Below are positions 49,002 through 58,580 of a stretch of 64,000 bases of DNA, one piece after another; position 1 is the stretch's first letter; each line of letters opens with the position of its first letter. The position numbers and the translations under genes are program-made. The notes beneath the pieces are model-generated. The model was not told the origin of the DNA and did not search any database. It saw only the letters and a list, made by a program, of their open reading frames with translations. The stretch spans positions 434,001 to 498,000 of the forward strand of contig VRMN01000006.1 of assembly GCA_008690995.1 (NCBI GenBank). The letters run 5' to 3'. Source of the DNA: Porphyridium purpureum (taxonomy: Eukaryota).

Positions 49002-50161
49002 CTTGGGTACTGTGAGAAGTTTGCTAGGCAGAGGTTTTCTCCCGGAGCGCGGGTTCCTCGAGCCAAGAATGCAACTTAGTTTGGAGTCTCGCCGAGACGT
49101 CGAGTCAAGAGGGGGGGAGATGTTATCCGTTCGACCCCAGTCACCTAGAACGGTTCGGTTAATCCAAAACCGGTAAGCCGTTAAACCGGTAGACCGTTGA
49201 ACCGTTTCTAGAAGCTTCTAGAGGTTCCAGAACCTTCTAGACGCGCGCAGAAATGCCAATGATTTGCATTGTCATTTCTCTTGGCGCCTTGCTGTCCCTA
49301 GCGGAAGTAAGGGTATAAAAAGGCGACGCGCCTGCCCGGACTAGCCGGTCAGGTCTTGCTCGGAGACAGAAGAGGTAAGAAGCAGAGTAAAAGGCACAGC
49401 ATTGGTAACATCGACGACCTCAGTAACCAGTGGCACGCACATTATGCTGTAAAGGTCTGTCGCTGATGCGCGCAGTCTTTCTCTGCATGCCGCTCCCGAC
49501 TTCTAACACCGGTGCTCCACGAGGCCTTGCGCCTCCGGACCTGACAAAGTGATCGCCTGCGCTTTTAACCGTACACCTTTTGAACTGCGACCTCCGGGAA
49601 CGCCGCCACTTTCTCTCTTGATTCTGGTCCACTTGGGCCCTAGTCGTTCAAAACCTTTGCGCATCGCTGCACACGCCTGTTCTGACCATGCTCGCCTTCT
49701 TGTGCGACCATCGGTCTGGTAGGCTTTTCCATTCCGCCACCCAACGAGCTGCCGCAGGTCTCAAATCGCTGACCGGTGCAGCCAAGATCTTCGAAACCTT
49801 CAGGTTCAGAAGATGTCTCCGACCGTTTCAACATTCTTCGTCACAGTCCAGTCGAGTCTGGACACGGTTCAGAGCAAACTCGTCCCCGAAGTTGCAACGG
49901 ACGGCAAAGTGGCGGGCACGAGATGGCTGCGGTGCTCTCAGCGGGCCGCGACGGGTATAAAGTCGGCGCTCACCAATTGTTTTCGTCTGGCGCTGGGCCC
50001 ACATCACAAGACACAAGCAAGGGAGCTAAAAAGGGCGAAGGACTAGTTCAGGATTAAAGGCAGTCGTTGTTGCTTGGGAGCACTGAACTTTGTCGCCCAT
50101 TTACCGTGGTATCATCGCCTCGCTGAGTGATCAAGAGTCTTGCGTGGTGGTATAAGCTGAC

Positions 50162-50995
50162 ATGGAGAACCTAAGACAGGCATTGGCTCCGAGAGCGGGT
50201 GGACCGCTTGAGCCTGAAGTGCGGGTGTCTCGGCTTGACTCGTTTGACGGTACGAGGGATGTGGTAGTCTTGCAAACGTGGCCCTTCACGGCGCGTGAAG
50301 TGATCCTTGTCCCGTTGAGGGATGCCGCGGGCTTGTCGGCTAGGGCGGGTCCAGGAGACGCGCAGGTCTTCGCTCAGGTAGAAAGAAAGGCAATCCGGGT
50401 TGCAGCGACCTATTTTAGAGGCTCTGCCTTGATCTGGTGGATTGGAGTTGTGAGTGCAAATAGCCCTCCGGACACATGGGATGTCTTTCAACGTGAAGTG
50501 GAGCTGCAGTTTGCGCCGCCAAATGCTGTGCGGCAGGCGCGCGATGAGCTCGCGGCGCTGACGCAGACCGGAGAGGTTTCTGAGTATTGTGACCGCTTCA
50601 ATCATATTGTTCTGCGTGTGCCAGGGATCACGCAGGATGAAATGCCGGATCGATTCGTCCGTGGTCTTAAAAGGGCGCATCGCATTGAGGTGCTCAAGGC
50701 TTGCGTGGACAATGTCAGCGATGCAATGAGGGTGGCGCTCTCGGTGGAATCCGCTCTTTCGATATACCCGGGGGTATATGTGGAAACGCGAGGAAGGCAA
50801 GTAACGTCCTCCGGGCACGGACAGGGGCCGGTACCAATGGAACTGGGCCTTGCAGGTGCTGGACCAGCGGGGGCGGGGAGAGGGCTTGTTGCTCGAAAGC
50901 ATGGCTCGAAGTGTTGGCTCTGTGGCAAGATAGGACACAGAAAGGCCGAGTGTCCCGAAAAGAATCGTCGTGGTCCGGGCGCGGGAAACGTCTAA
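50162..50995 (+). CDS. gag: Gag of element D (Ty3/Gypsy-type)
   Basis: YFRGSALIWW, RFVRGLK, GPVPMELG, CWLCGKIGHRKAEC; aligns by eye with the Gag of C. Confidence 0.93.
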   Translation: MENLRQALAPRAGGPLEPEVRVSRLDSFDGTRDVVVLQTWPFTAREVILVPLRDAAGLSARAGPGDAQVFAQVERKAIRVAATYFRGSALIWWIGVVSANSPPDTWDVFQREVELQFAPPNAVRQARDELAALTQTGEVSEYCDRFNHIVLRVPGITQDEMPDRFVRGLKRAHRIEVLKACVDNVSDAMRVALSVESALSIYPGVYVETRGRQVTSSGHGQGPVPMELGLAGAGPAGAGRGLVARKHGSKCWLCGKIGHRKAECPEKNRRGPGAGNV

Positions 50996-52720
50996 GCCCC
51001 CACTCAGATGGAAATATTCTGACGCTGGGGGCGTCAGACGTGTGCGCTTCGGCACCGAATTTGGAGCAGAATGAGAGACGTGGCTTGGTGGTTCCTCTGC
51101 TTTCATCTCCTTGCGCGCTTCAGGTTCGCTTGGGGGAGGAGTTTGCAACAGCGGAGGCTCTCATAGACAGTGGTGCGAACGCGTGTTTCATGCGTAAGGT
51201 GGTGGCGGACAAGTTGGTCCGTGGTGGTGCGAAATTGGAGAGATGTGAGCCTATTGAAGTTTGCTTGGCAAATGGCTTCGCTTGTACGGCCTCTAATCTC
51301 CTTGTTTGTGCGGTAGCAGCTCTTAGCGTGCCGTTCTTTAAGATCCCTGAGTCACGCTTGACGTGCCAATTTATCGTGGCAGAGCGATTGAGCTACGAGG
51401 TCATCCTAGGAAAGCCATGGTTGGAGACGGCGTTGAAAGGGTCAGCTGAGGCTATGGCTTCCAAGGTTGTACCGTGCCATGACCTTATGCACTTGCCAAA
51501 GGATCCCGCATGTGGCCCTTGCCAGACGGCCAAGCTCCGACGCACCTCTTCGTGGCGTTCAGGAGACCAAGCTGTGTCGCGTTCAGTCTTGGGGTTAGAT
51601 TTGGTTGACGCGGGTGGTGATGAGCGAGGATGGTCTAGACGCGGGGCAAGGTATCTAATGGTTGCTTTGGACCATCCTGACCGATGGTTGGCAGTCGAGC
51701 CATTGATGAGCAAGTCGTCCGAGGCTACGGCAGAAGCTTTAGAGCGTATCCTTGCGGGCGAGGCCTGGCCTTCTGTGATAAAAACGGATGATGGCAGAGA
51801 GTTTTCTGGGGCTTTTGCAAGGGCTGTGCTCAAACATGGGGCAAGGCACGAGGGCGCCGTTCCTCGTCGGCCAAATACTCATGCGCCTGTGGAGTCAATG
51901 AATCGGACTCTTCTAGGGGCCGTGAGGACGACTTTGGTCGCCGCTGGTTTGCCTCTCCGCTTCTGGGAAGATGCAGCACTGTCGTTTGCCTTTGCGTGGA
52001 ACCGCGCGGAGCGCGACGAAGTGTCCCAGAAATCTCCGTACGAGGTCAGGTACAAGAAGAAGTTTGCTCAAGAAAAATTGCTCCCTTTTGGCTGCGCAAT
52101 TATGTATCTTGACGAAGAGGCGGCAAAGTTTGAGTCGCGCTCGCGATTGGGAATCTTTATCAAGTACCATGAAGAAACTGGAATAGTTGTCGTGGAGTCG
52201 GAGGAGCTTGCACGTGGAAGAGCTCGCGAAATTGTCACTCGTGATTATGTCCCCAAGAAGATTGACTACCCTGCGAGACGCTTAGGATTGCGTCCTCTCG
52301 GTGAACAACTGTGGTTGGAAGACTTTGGGCAGGAACACAACAATGGAGATCATGTGGCATATGAGCTTTGCGGTAAGTGCGGTAAAAGGAAGGTGCTGCA
52401 AATTCGCTGCTTGAAATGCTTGGGAAAAAGGGGCAAGAGGCACCGTAAAGATGATTCTTGTACGCTTGGCCCGTGTCGGTGCACCCCGACAGAGATTTTG
52501 GAGCATGCGCGCAAGGTGGCAGCGCGCGCAGAGCACCAGGCGGCGCAGTTCTTGGAGACACAGAAGAGTGAGCAGGACCGTCTTGCTCGCGCCAAAGCAG
52601 CTGCGGAGAAAGGAGAAAGGAGAGCGCAGTGCGCAAAAGCGGGAGCGTCGAGCGTCCAGACTTCGCGCGAGAATAAGCCCTACAAGCGGTGGGCGTGTGG
52701 TACCCAGTCCGCAGACCACT
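50983..52720 (+). CDS. pol: Protease-integrase part of the element D pol
   Basis: G GGA AAC at 50983-89; LIDSGA...VILGKPWL; HDLMHLPKDPACGPC; LDLVD...KTDDGREF...VESMNRTL; Cys-rich tail. Confidence 0.9.
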
Positions 52721-54667
52721 CGGTCTGGTCGAACTGTCAGGCAGCCGTTAAAGCTCGGCTTAGGCGTTACCACTGTGGTTGCGCGCTCCGTCGCTCTTGT
52801 CCAAAAGGGCTTTGCAAAAGCCAGAGACGTCGAGGTTGATCGCCATCGGCGTTTTCGAACATGGGACCCGGAACCTGTATCCTTTGAATGTGCCAAAGCC
52901 GAGCCAGGAGCTGTTTTCGTGAATGCTCACTTCATTTACACTCTGAGGCATTCGGAGGCGGCGCAGCAAGTAGAAAAGGTGCGACTGGTGGCGGCGGGAA
53001 ATAATGTCAGAGACGCCGGGGGCGCAAGATTATCGCGGGACGCACCGTATACAACGCCGGCAAGCCTGGCGTCTTTCCGCACTGCCGTTGCTGTCGCTGC
53101 CGCGCGTGGATATGTGATCGCCAAGTTGGACATGACATCTGCGTACTTGCAGGTTAATGTAAGAGGCGCGCCGGTTTTCGTCCGATTACCGGAAGAGTTG
53201 CCAGAATCGAAGGAAGGGGTCTTCAGGCTGAGACGTGCCCTGTATGGTTTGGAGCGCTCAGGCGCAGACTTCATCATTGAAGTGACCAGGAGACTAAATG
53301 AGCAGGGCTGGAAGGAAGCAGCGCCGTCTCTGTTTGCTCGCGAAAAGGCAACTCTTGCAGCCTATGTGGACGACTTTCTCCTTGCCGGGCCGGCTGACGA
53401 ACTGAGTGCAGTGGAGCGCTCGCTTCGCCAAATGTTCACTTTTGATGAGGCTTCAGAACGCCTTTCCTGCGGGGAAATTAATTTTCTGGGTATCAAAGTT
53501 CGTCGTGCCCAAGGTTTTATTGAAATCGACCATACAGACTACGCGAAGTGGGTCGGGACGCACACAAGTTTGTGCGCGGGTATTGACGCTACGACACCGG
53601 ACGTGGAGGTTCCGGCAGAGGATTACGATAGTGTCCTGTTTGGTGTGGACGCGCCTCGTGCGCAGATAGGTGCCCTACTCTGGTTGTCAAGGACTACGCG
53701 ACCTGAGATCAGCCGGGCAGTTGCACGTGCTGCACGCTTCTTGGACAAGTGGAACATTGGTGCGCAGAAGATCTTGGACCGCTGTCTTTCTTACCTTCGC
53801 GGGAAGAAGAGGAGCATTCTGCGATATCCTTGTGGAAGTGCAGAGGGTGAATCGTGCGCTGACGTCTGTCTCAAAATCTATTCAGACTCGGACTTTGCTG
53901 GTGATTCTGGAGCAACGTGCAAGAGCACTAGCGGTATGGTCGTATTTATCGAGATTCGTCAGAGGAAATATTTGATTGACTGGAGCTCAAGGGCGCAGAG
54001 AGCGGTTTCCACCTCCTCTGCTGAAGCGGAAGTAATCGCGCTGAGTCAGGCCTGCAAAGTAAGTCTGGGCCTTGCGCCGACCTGCGAGTTGTCAGGCCAA
54101 GGTGAAGCTGTAATGCTTGATGTGTATACCGATAGCCAGGCTGCCTTGAAGGCAGTAGAAAAGGGCTATTCGGCAAAGTTGGCGCACGCGCGCAGAACGC
54201 AACGTGTTTCGATTGCATGGCTCCATGAACTGGCAGAGGGTGGCCTCGTGAGATTCGGATGGATTCGGGGAACTGAGAACCCTGCTGATTTATTCACGAA
54301 GACCTTCAGTCGACCGCAATTCGACATTAAGCTGAAAATTCTGGGTCTGGGGGACGATCGGACAGGTAAGAAACTTTGTGTCAACGGTGGCGACGAGACT
54401 GGCTCTGAAGGGGCCGCAGAAGATGTCTCCGACCGTTTCAACATTCTTCGTCACAGTCCAGTCGAGTCTGGACACGGTTCAGAGCAAACTCGTCCCCGAA
54501 GTTGCAACGGACGGCAAAGTGGCGGGCACGAGATGGCTGCGGTGCTCTCAGCGGGCCGCGACGGGTATAAAGTCGGCGCTCACCAATTGTTTTCGTCTGG
54601 CGCTGGGCCCACATCACAAGACACAAGCAAGGGAGCTAAAAAGGGCGAAGGACTAGTTCAGGATTAA
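52700..54667 (+). CDS. pol: Copia-type RT-RNase H part of the element D pol (+1 frame relative to the integrase)
   Basis: KVRLVAAG, LDMTSAYLQ, LRRALYGLERSG, YVDD, YSDSDFAGD, STSSAEAE, NPADLFTK; the start is approximate. Confidence 0.93.
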   Translation, partial: VPSPQTTRSGRTVRQPLKLGLGVTTVVARSVALVQKGFAKARDVEVDRHRRFRTWDPEPVSFECAKAEPGAVFVNAHFIYTLRHSEAAQQVEKVRLVAAGNNVRDAGGARLSRDAPYTTPASLASFRTAVAVAAARGYVIAKLDMTSAYLQVNVRGAPVFVRLPEELPESKEGVFRLRRALYGLERSGADFIIEVTRRLNEQGWKEAAPSLFAREKATLAAYVDDFLLAGPADELSAVERSLRQMFTFDEASERLSCGEINFLGIKVRRAQGFIEIDHTDYAKWVGTHTSLCAGIDATTPDVEVPAEDYDSVLFGVDAPRAQIGALLWLSRTTRPEISRAVARAARFLDKWNIGAQKILDRCLSYLRGKKRSILRYPCGSAEGESCADVCLKIYSDSDFAGDSGATCKSTSGMVVFIEIRQRKYLIDWSSRAQRAVSTSSAEAEVIALSQACKVSLGLAPTCELSGQGEAVMLDVYTDSQAALKAVEKGYSAKLAHARRTQRVSIAWLHELAEGGLVRFGWIRGTENPADLFTKTFSRPQFDIKLKILGLGDDRTGKKLCVNGGDETGSEGAAEDVSDRFNILRHSPVESGHGSEQTRPRSCNGRQSGGHEMAAVLSAGRDGYKVGAHQLFSSGAGPTSQDTSKGAKKGEGLVQD

Positions 54668-56168
54668 AGGCAGTCGTTGTTGCGTGGGAGCACTGAACTT
54701 TGTCGCCCATTTACCGAGGTTTTTCTTTTCTGTCTTTTTCACTTTCATACCAACAACCAAACGGATATCACTTGGTTAATATTTCTTCGTGAACTCTGAA
54801 AATACAGAGACAGCACGATCGTGTGGCGGTATCGACCCAACCCAGTCTCGACCGTATCATTTCTCGAACAGAGTTTTATCGCTGGCTCGCCCGCTCCAAG
54901 TGAGGCGTCTGGCGACAGCCTAGTAGCTCGCAGTGAAAACAAAACATGTCATTCGCAGCCCGGACTGCAGCAAAAGAACGCGCAGGGATGCATTCAAATT
55001 TCGGTGAATGCGCTCTTTGATCAGCATGCGTGTTCATCCGACGCACCACTCCGCGCTTGCGTGCAGTCAAATGATCCCACAGGGTGACCTCAAAGACTCC
55101 TTCAAAGTCAACACCACCATTGGATTCGACCAACCAAGGCCAACCCTTTCCTCACTAGCTTGCTTTCCATGCCAGAAGCGCCCACTCTGCTAGTATGTCT
55201 GGCTGAGCACGATCATCAACTCATCCTGTCTCCACGCCCCGATGAACAAAAATCCAGCGCGTTCCGTCGACGCCCGGCTGAATTGGATCAACGATGTCCA
55301 CCAATACCGCGAAGTTACATGCGACAACAGGTTGGTCCCTTCTGCGTGCAGCTCGCTTCCAGGTTATCTTCTTACCTAGCGCGCACGCACTACACCCTTT
55401 TGACTCTGGCATGTGCGTGGCATCAAGACGTCACTCATTCGCTTCTTAATTTTTAGCATCTGAAAGATCGTTGTCGCCCAAAGCGGATTCTTCGCACAAT
55501 ACAGCGAGACTCTTCCTGATGTCCGTTAAAAACGTTTCCAGCTCCCGATAAACATCAACCGTTTCACGCAACTGTATCGTCATTCCCCCGAACGGTCTCG
55601 CCCGTAGATATAAGTGAAGTGGCTACATCCGAGTTTGGGTCGGCGGCTGGGTACAAGACCCCGCCGCCGCGATTGCGGGCTAGGCAAAGAAGAATCAAGA
55701 CGGACAGAGTTGATGGGAAGGAAGTTTGCTCCATACCAAAACCATTCTTCCAGAGTCACGGGTAGAATCGATTCATTCGTTTTCGATACCCCGATCTGTT
55801 TGATCGCGTGTGTCACCAGGGGTTGCTTTGCTCTGACGGTCTTTTTTTTTTTGCTTAGACACAGAGCCTCTGCAGAAAGTTTTCCCTCCAAGGCGCTAGC
55901 TTTTTCCATGAGCTCGACACCAGTCAAGCCCGACAATCACGTCATGCTTGCCACTGTATATAATCGCGGTCGAACTGGCGTTGCGAAAGTCAGCCGTTCC
56001 GATCACAATCCGTGCTGTTCCACAAGCCTGAGTGACAGCTCGATTCACGAATCGAAAAGCACGAGTTGCGCGCTTCAGAACCTGTATACCGGCACGAAGA
56101 CAAAACGTGTGAGACAAGAAGGTATTCGTCGCGCTAGTCTCTCTAGACACAATGGCAGCGACGCCATC

Positions 56169-56780
56169 TGTCACAAACGGAGCTTTCTCCTTCACTTTTT
56201 CTTCGCTCCTCCTCTACCTCTTCGTCTTTTCTCTCTAGGCTTTTTTATCGTTTAGCTGCCGCTCGCTCTGTTTTATACCCGCCTTCCGGCGCCGCAATGG
56301 CTTGCCCGGCGGGTTAAGCCCTCGGAATAACCCAATCCCGCGGCCCTCAATATAACTCAGCTGTACCACACAGTACACCCGATAACTGTACTTTTAGTAC
56401 ACTTAGCCTTGGAGAGGTGCTCCACGGGATCGGCCGAGAAAGATCGATGCTACCGCCGAAAGGGGTGCGGGTGCGCACGGCGAAACGCGCAACACGTGGG
56501 CCACAAGTGTGGCGGACTCTTCGAGGCGCGCAGACGATTCTGCGCCATCTCCCTATCGCTCCCAACAAACGACTTACCTTTACCTCACCACGCTAAAGAG
56601 TCTCTATCTTCGCTAGTTTTCCGGCCGAGACCCGGCCGCTCCACACAACGTACTTATGCAGCACCGCCGGTTAAGTGAACACAGGAGTCCGCGGTTCAGC
56701 GGGACCTCATCGTTCCCACGTTAGCAACTGTACTTCTGTGTACTCGCTGTACTGAGACCTGCATTAGGGCGCTCGCGACA
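56169..56780 (-). mobile_element. B-family solo LTR with a nested insertion
   Basis: Matches the B LTR; 4-bp TSD CATC; interrupted at 56408-56720. Confidence 0.92.
56408..56720. mobile_element. 313-bp insertion (putative solo LTR) with CT...CG termini
   Basis: 5-bp TSD TTAGC (56403-07, 56721-25) inside a known LTR, which fixes the boundaries. Confidence 0.8.
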
Positions 56781-58229
56781 CATCCATACTCACGTCTCGT
56801 TTTATTAGAGACGAAGCCGTTGAGCGGGCCGTGCCCCACTCAACGTGGAGCAGCTTCAGCTCTAGGCCATCAGTTTCCGCGTCCGAACAGTCTCGCTGCC
56901 ATCGTCCCTTCTTCTTACACGCTTGATCGTCATCATTTGCCTTGTCTTGCGCTCTGGGTTTTTTAATTGGATGTTTTCTTCTTTCGCGTCTGTTCCGTGG
57001 CACCCAACTCCACGGGCACCCGACCGTCCGGCACGCCTCCGAGCGAATGACCTCCGACCCTGCGCTGACCTGTTTTAAAGGCAGAGTCTACGGCGAGGGC
57101 GTTCGTCAGCCCATCTCCATGGGTCGACGGCTGCCGCAGCAAGACTTCAATTCTCAAACGTTCGTTTAATACCCAGACGAATCGATCGAGCTTTACCGCG
57201 CTGCGCATGTCGAGGATTTTTGAGCACAGCGAGTCAAATGCAATGATAGAAGCTTCAATGCTCTTGTCTCCCTGTTGCGTCTCGACCAGCTAGTCTCAGG
57301 CACTGTTGGCGAAGTCCATCAGACCGATTCACGCAGTCGGCTCTTCCAAAACTCAAAACACTTCCCGGGCTTCCGCGCCAGATGTGCGTACCAAGATTTG
57401 GCATGTTCTTCTTGGTACACCGCGCCTGTCCGCACAGCCGAATGTCCACCCAGCGCCGTCCAGGTGCGACCACTTGCAGCAGCTTCATCCTTCAGCGGCT
57501 CGTAGATCCTCTCCTTTGCGTCAATAACCCATGTGGCAATGTCCGTCGCGTCCCGTACCCCAATGAACACCTTCATTGGCGCTGGCCCGGCGACGCGTGA
57601 GACTGCACTACCTGACAAGTGGGACGGTCCCACGTTCTCTCTCGCTGCTCGCTCTCGCAAGAGTTCTTTTTCGAGCATCACAATGCGCTCACTAGCACTT
57701 CGAAGATCAGCGCCGAGCAACGTGTGCATTCGAGCTACCAGAGCTTCCATGCCGCCTTGCGATAAACCAGCAGCACCCTGCTTCTACAGCTGCTGAGCCT
57801 TCACATACTGCTGGAGCTCGCACAGGCTGCCCCGTTACCGGGCAGCATGCAGGTCAGCTGGCAATATTCGCCGCTCCGTCAGGTCAACGACTGCACCGGT
57901 GACAACCTTTTCGTTTTCAGTACGTCTTGCTTTCCGGCTTTCGTGGTTTGGTGCTCATGCTGGTACGAATGAAGTAGGGGGCATATTATCAACTCAAGGG
58001 CATCCTCGGTCCCACACGGCTTCAGTCCTTCGGATGCTTTGGGCCTCGCTCCGAAACGGCTAGCCCGCTAATCATGGAAACAATACAAAACGCCGCGACA
58101 GAAGAAATCAAGTAACAACGAAGACCACTAAGACGCAAAAGAAAAGATAATCAGCAAGTGCACAGCCAAAGCTCACCCTTGTGAGACCCGCTCGAACTGT
58201 GCTCATAGCCCTCGAAAACGTCTGGGAAA

Positions 58230-58580
58230 GGAAAGTTCCCAGAAGCTCACCAAGGCGCAGGAAAGAGCTCACCGAAACGGATAAAGTTCAAGCACTGTCG
58301 CTCTCTTTCCCTCTCGCGCCGGCCGCCGGGGATGCGCGCGTACCACCCGCTTGGTGATACGCTAGACTAAGTGATGAGCGCTCACACGCCGACGCGTTTT
58401 CTTGCCTCCCCGCTGAGCAACTCTCAACACACAAGAAGAACGAGTTCTTTACACCACCGCATGCCTCTCTGGCCTCTTGCCTCGAGAAAGCAAGAACCGC
58501 TTACTGGCGATCTGTTCGCCAGCACTTCTTGAACGGTTTACTCTGGCGGCAAGTACCAAGCGCTGCGGTCAATGCTCGTG
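58230..58580. repeat. Copy 2 of the unclassified dispersed repeat
   Basis: Similar to 60255-60640 and 41800-42520. Confidence 0.75.

Larger units (their letters stand above)
43958..49410 (+). mobile_element. Element C: intact Ty3/Gypsy LTR retrotransposon without a chromodomain
   Basis: LTRs at 43958-44250 and 49121-49410 (3-bp indel); 5-bp TSD TCGAC; PBS TGGTATCATCGC at 44253; PPT AAGAGGGGGGGAGA at 49107-20. Confidence 0.98.
49807..54716 (+). mobile_element. Element D: near-intact hybrid LTR retrotransposon (Gypsy-type gag-PR, Copia-order IN-RT-RH)
   Basis: 300-bp LTRs at 49807-50106 and 54417-54716 (one difference seen); 5-bp TSD AGGTT; PBS TGGTATCATCGC at 50107; GAAGGGGCCG immediately before the 3' LTR. 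Confidence 0.95.
42600..57800 (-). mobile_element. Element G: decayed member of the hybrid D-like family, hosting C, D and solo LTRs
   Basis: Gag at 57750-56780 (KVFIGVRDATDIATW, LDRFV, VPVELG); protease at ~56160-55900 (SATNTFLS, DVIVGLDW); integrase at 55430-55200 (THMPESKGCSAC, VDIVDP); RT at 43957-43584 (KLKVIFAMKNAE, KPPGLVSVR, FLDV); RNase H at 42960-42600 (DNETTLSAVEEGWS...ISVRW). Confidence 0.8.
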
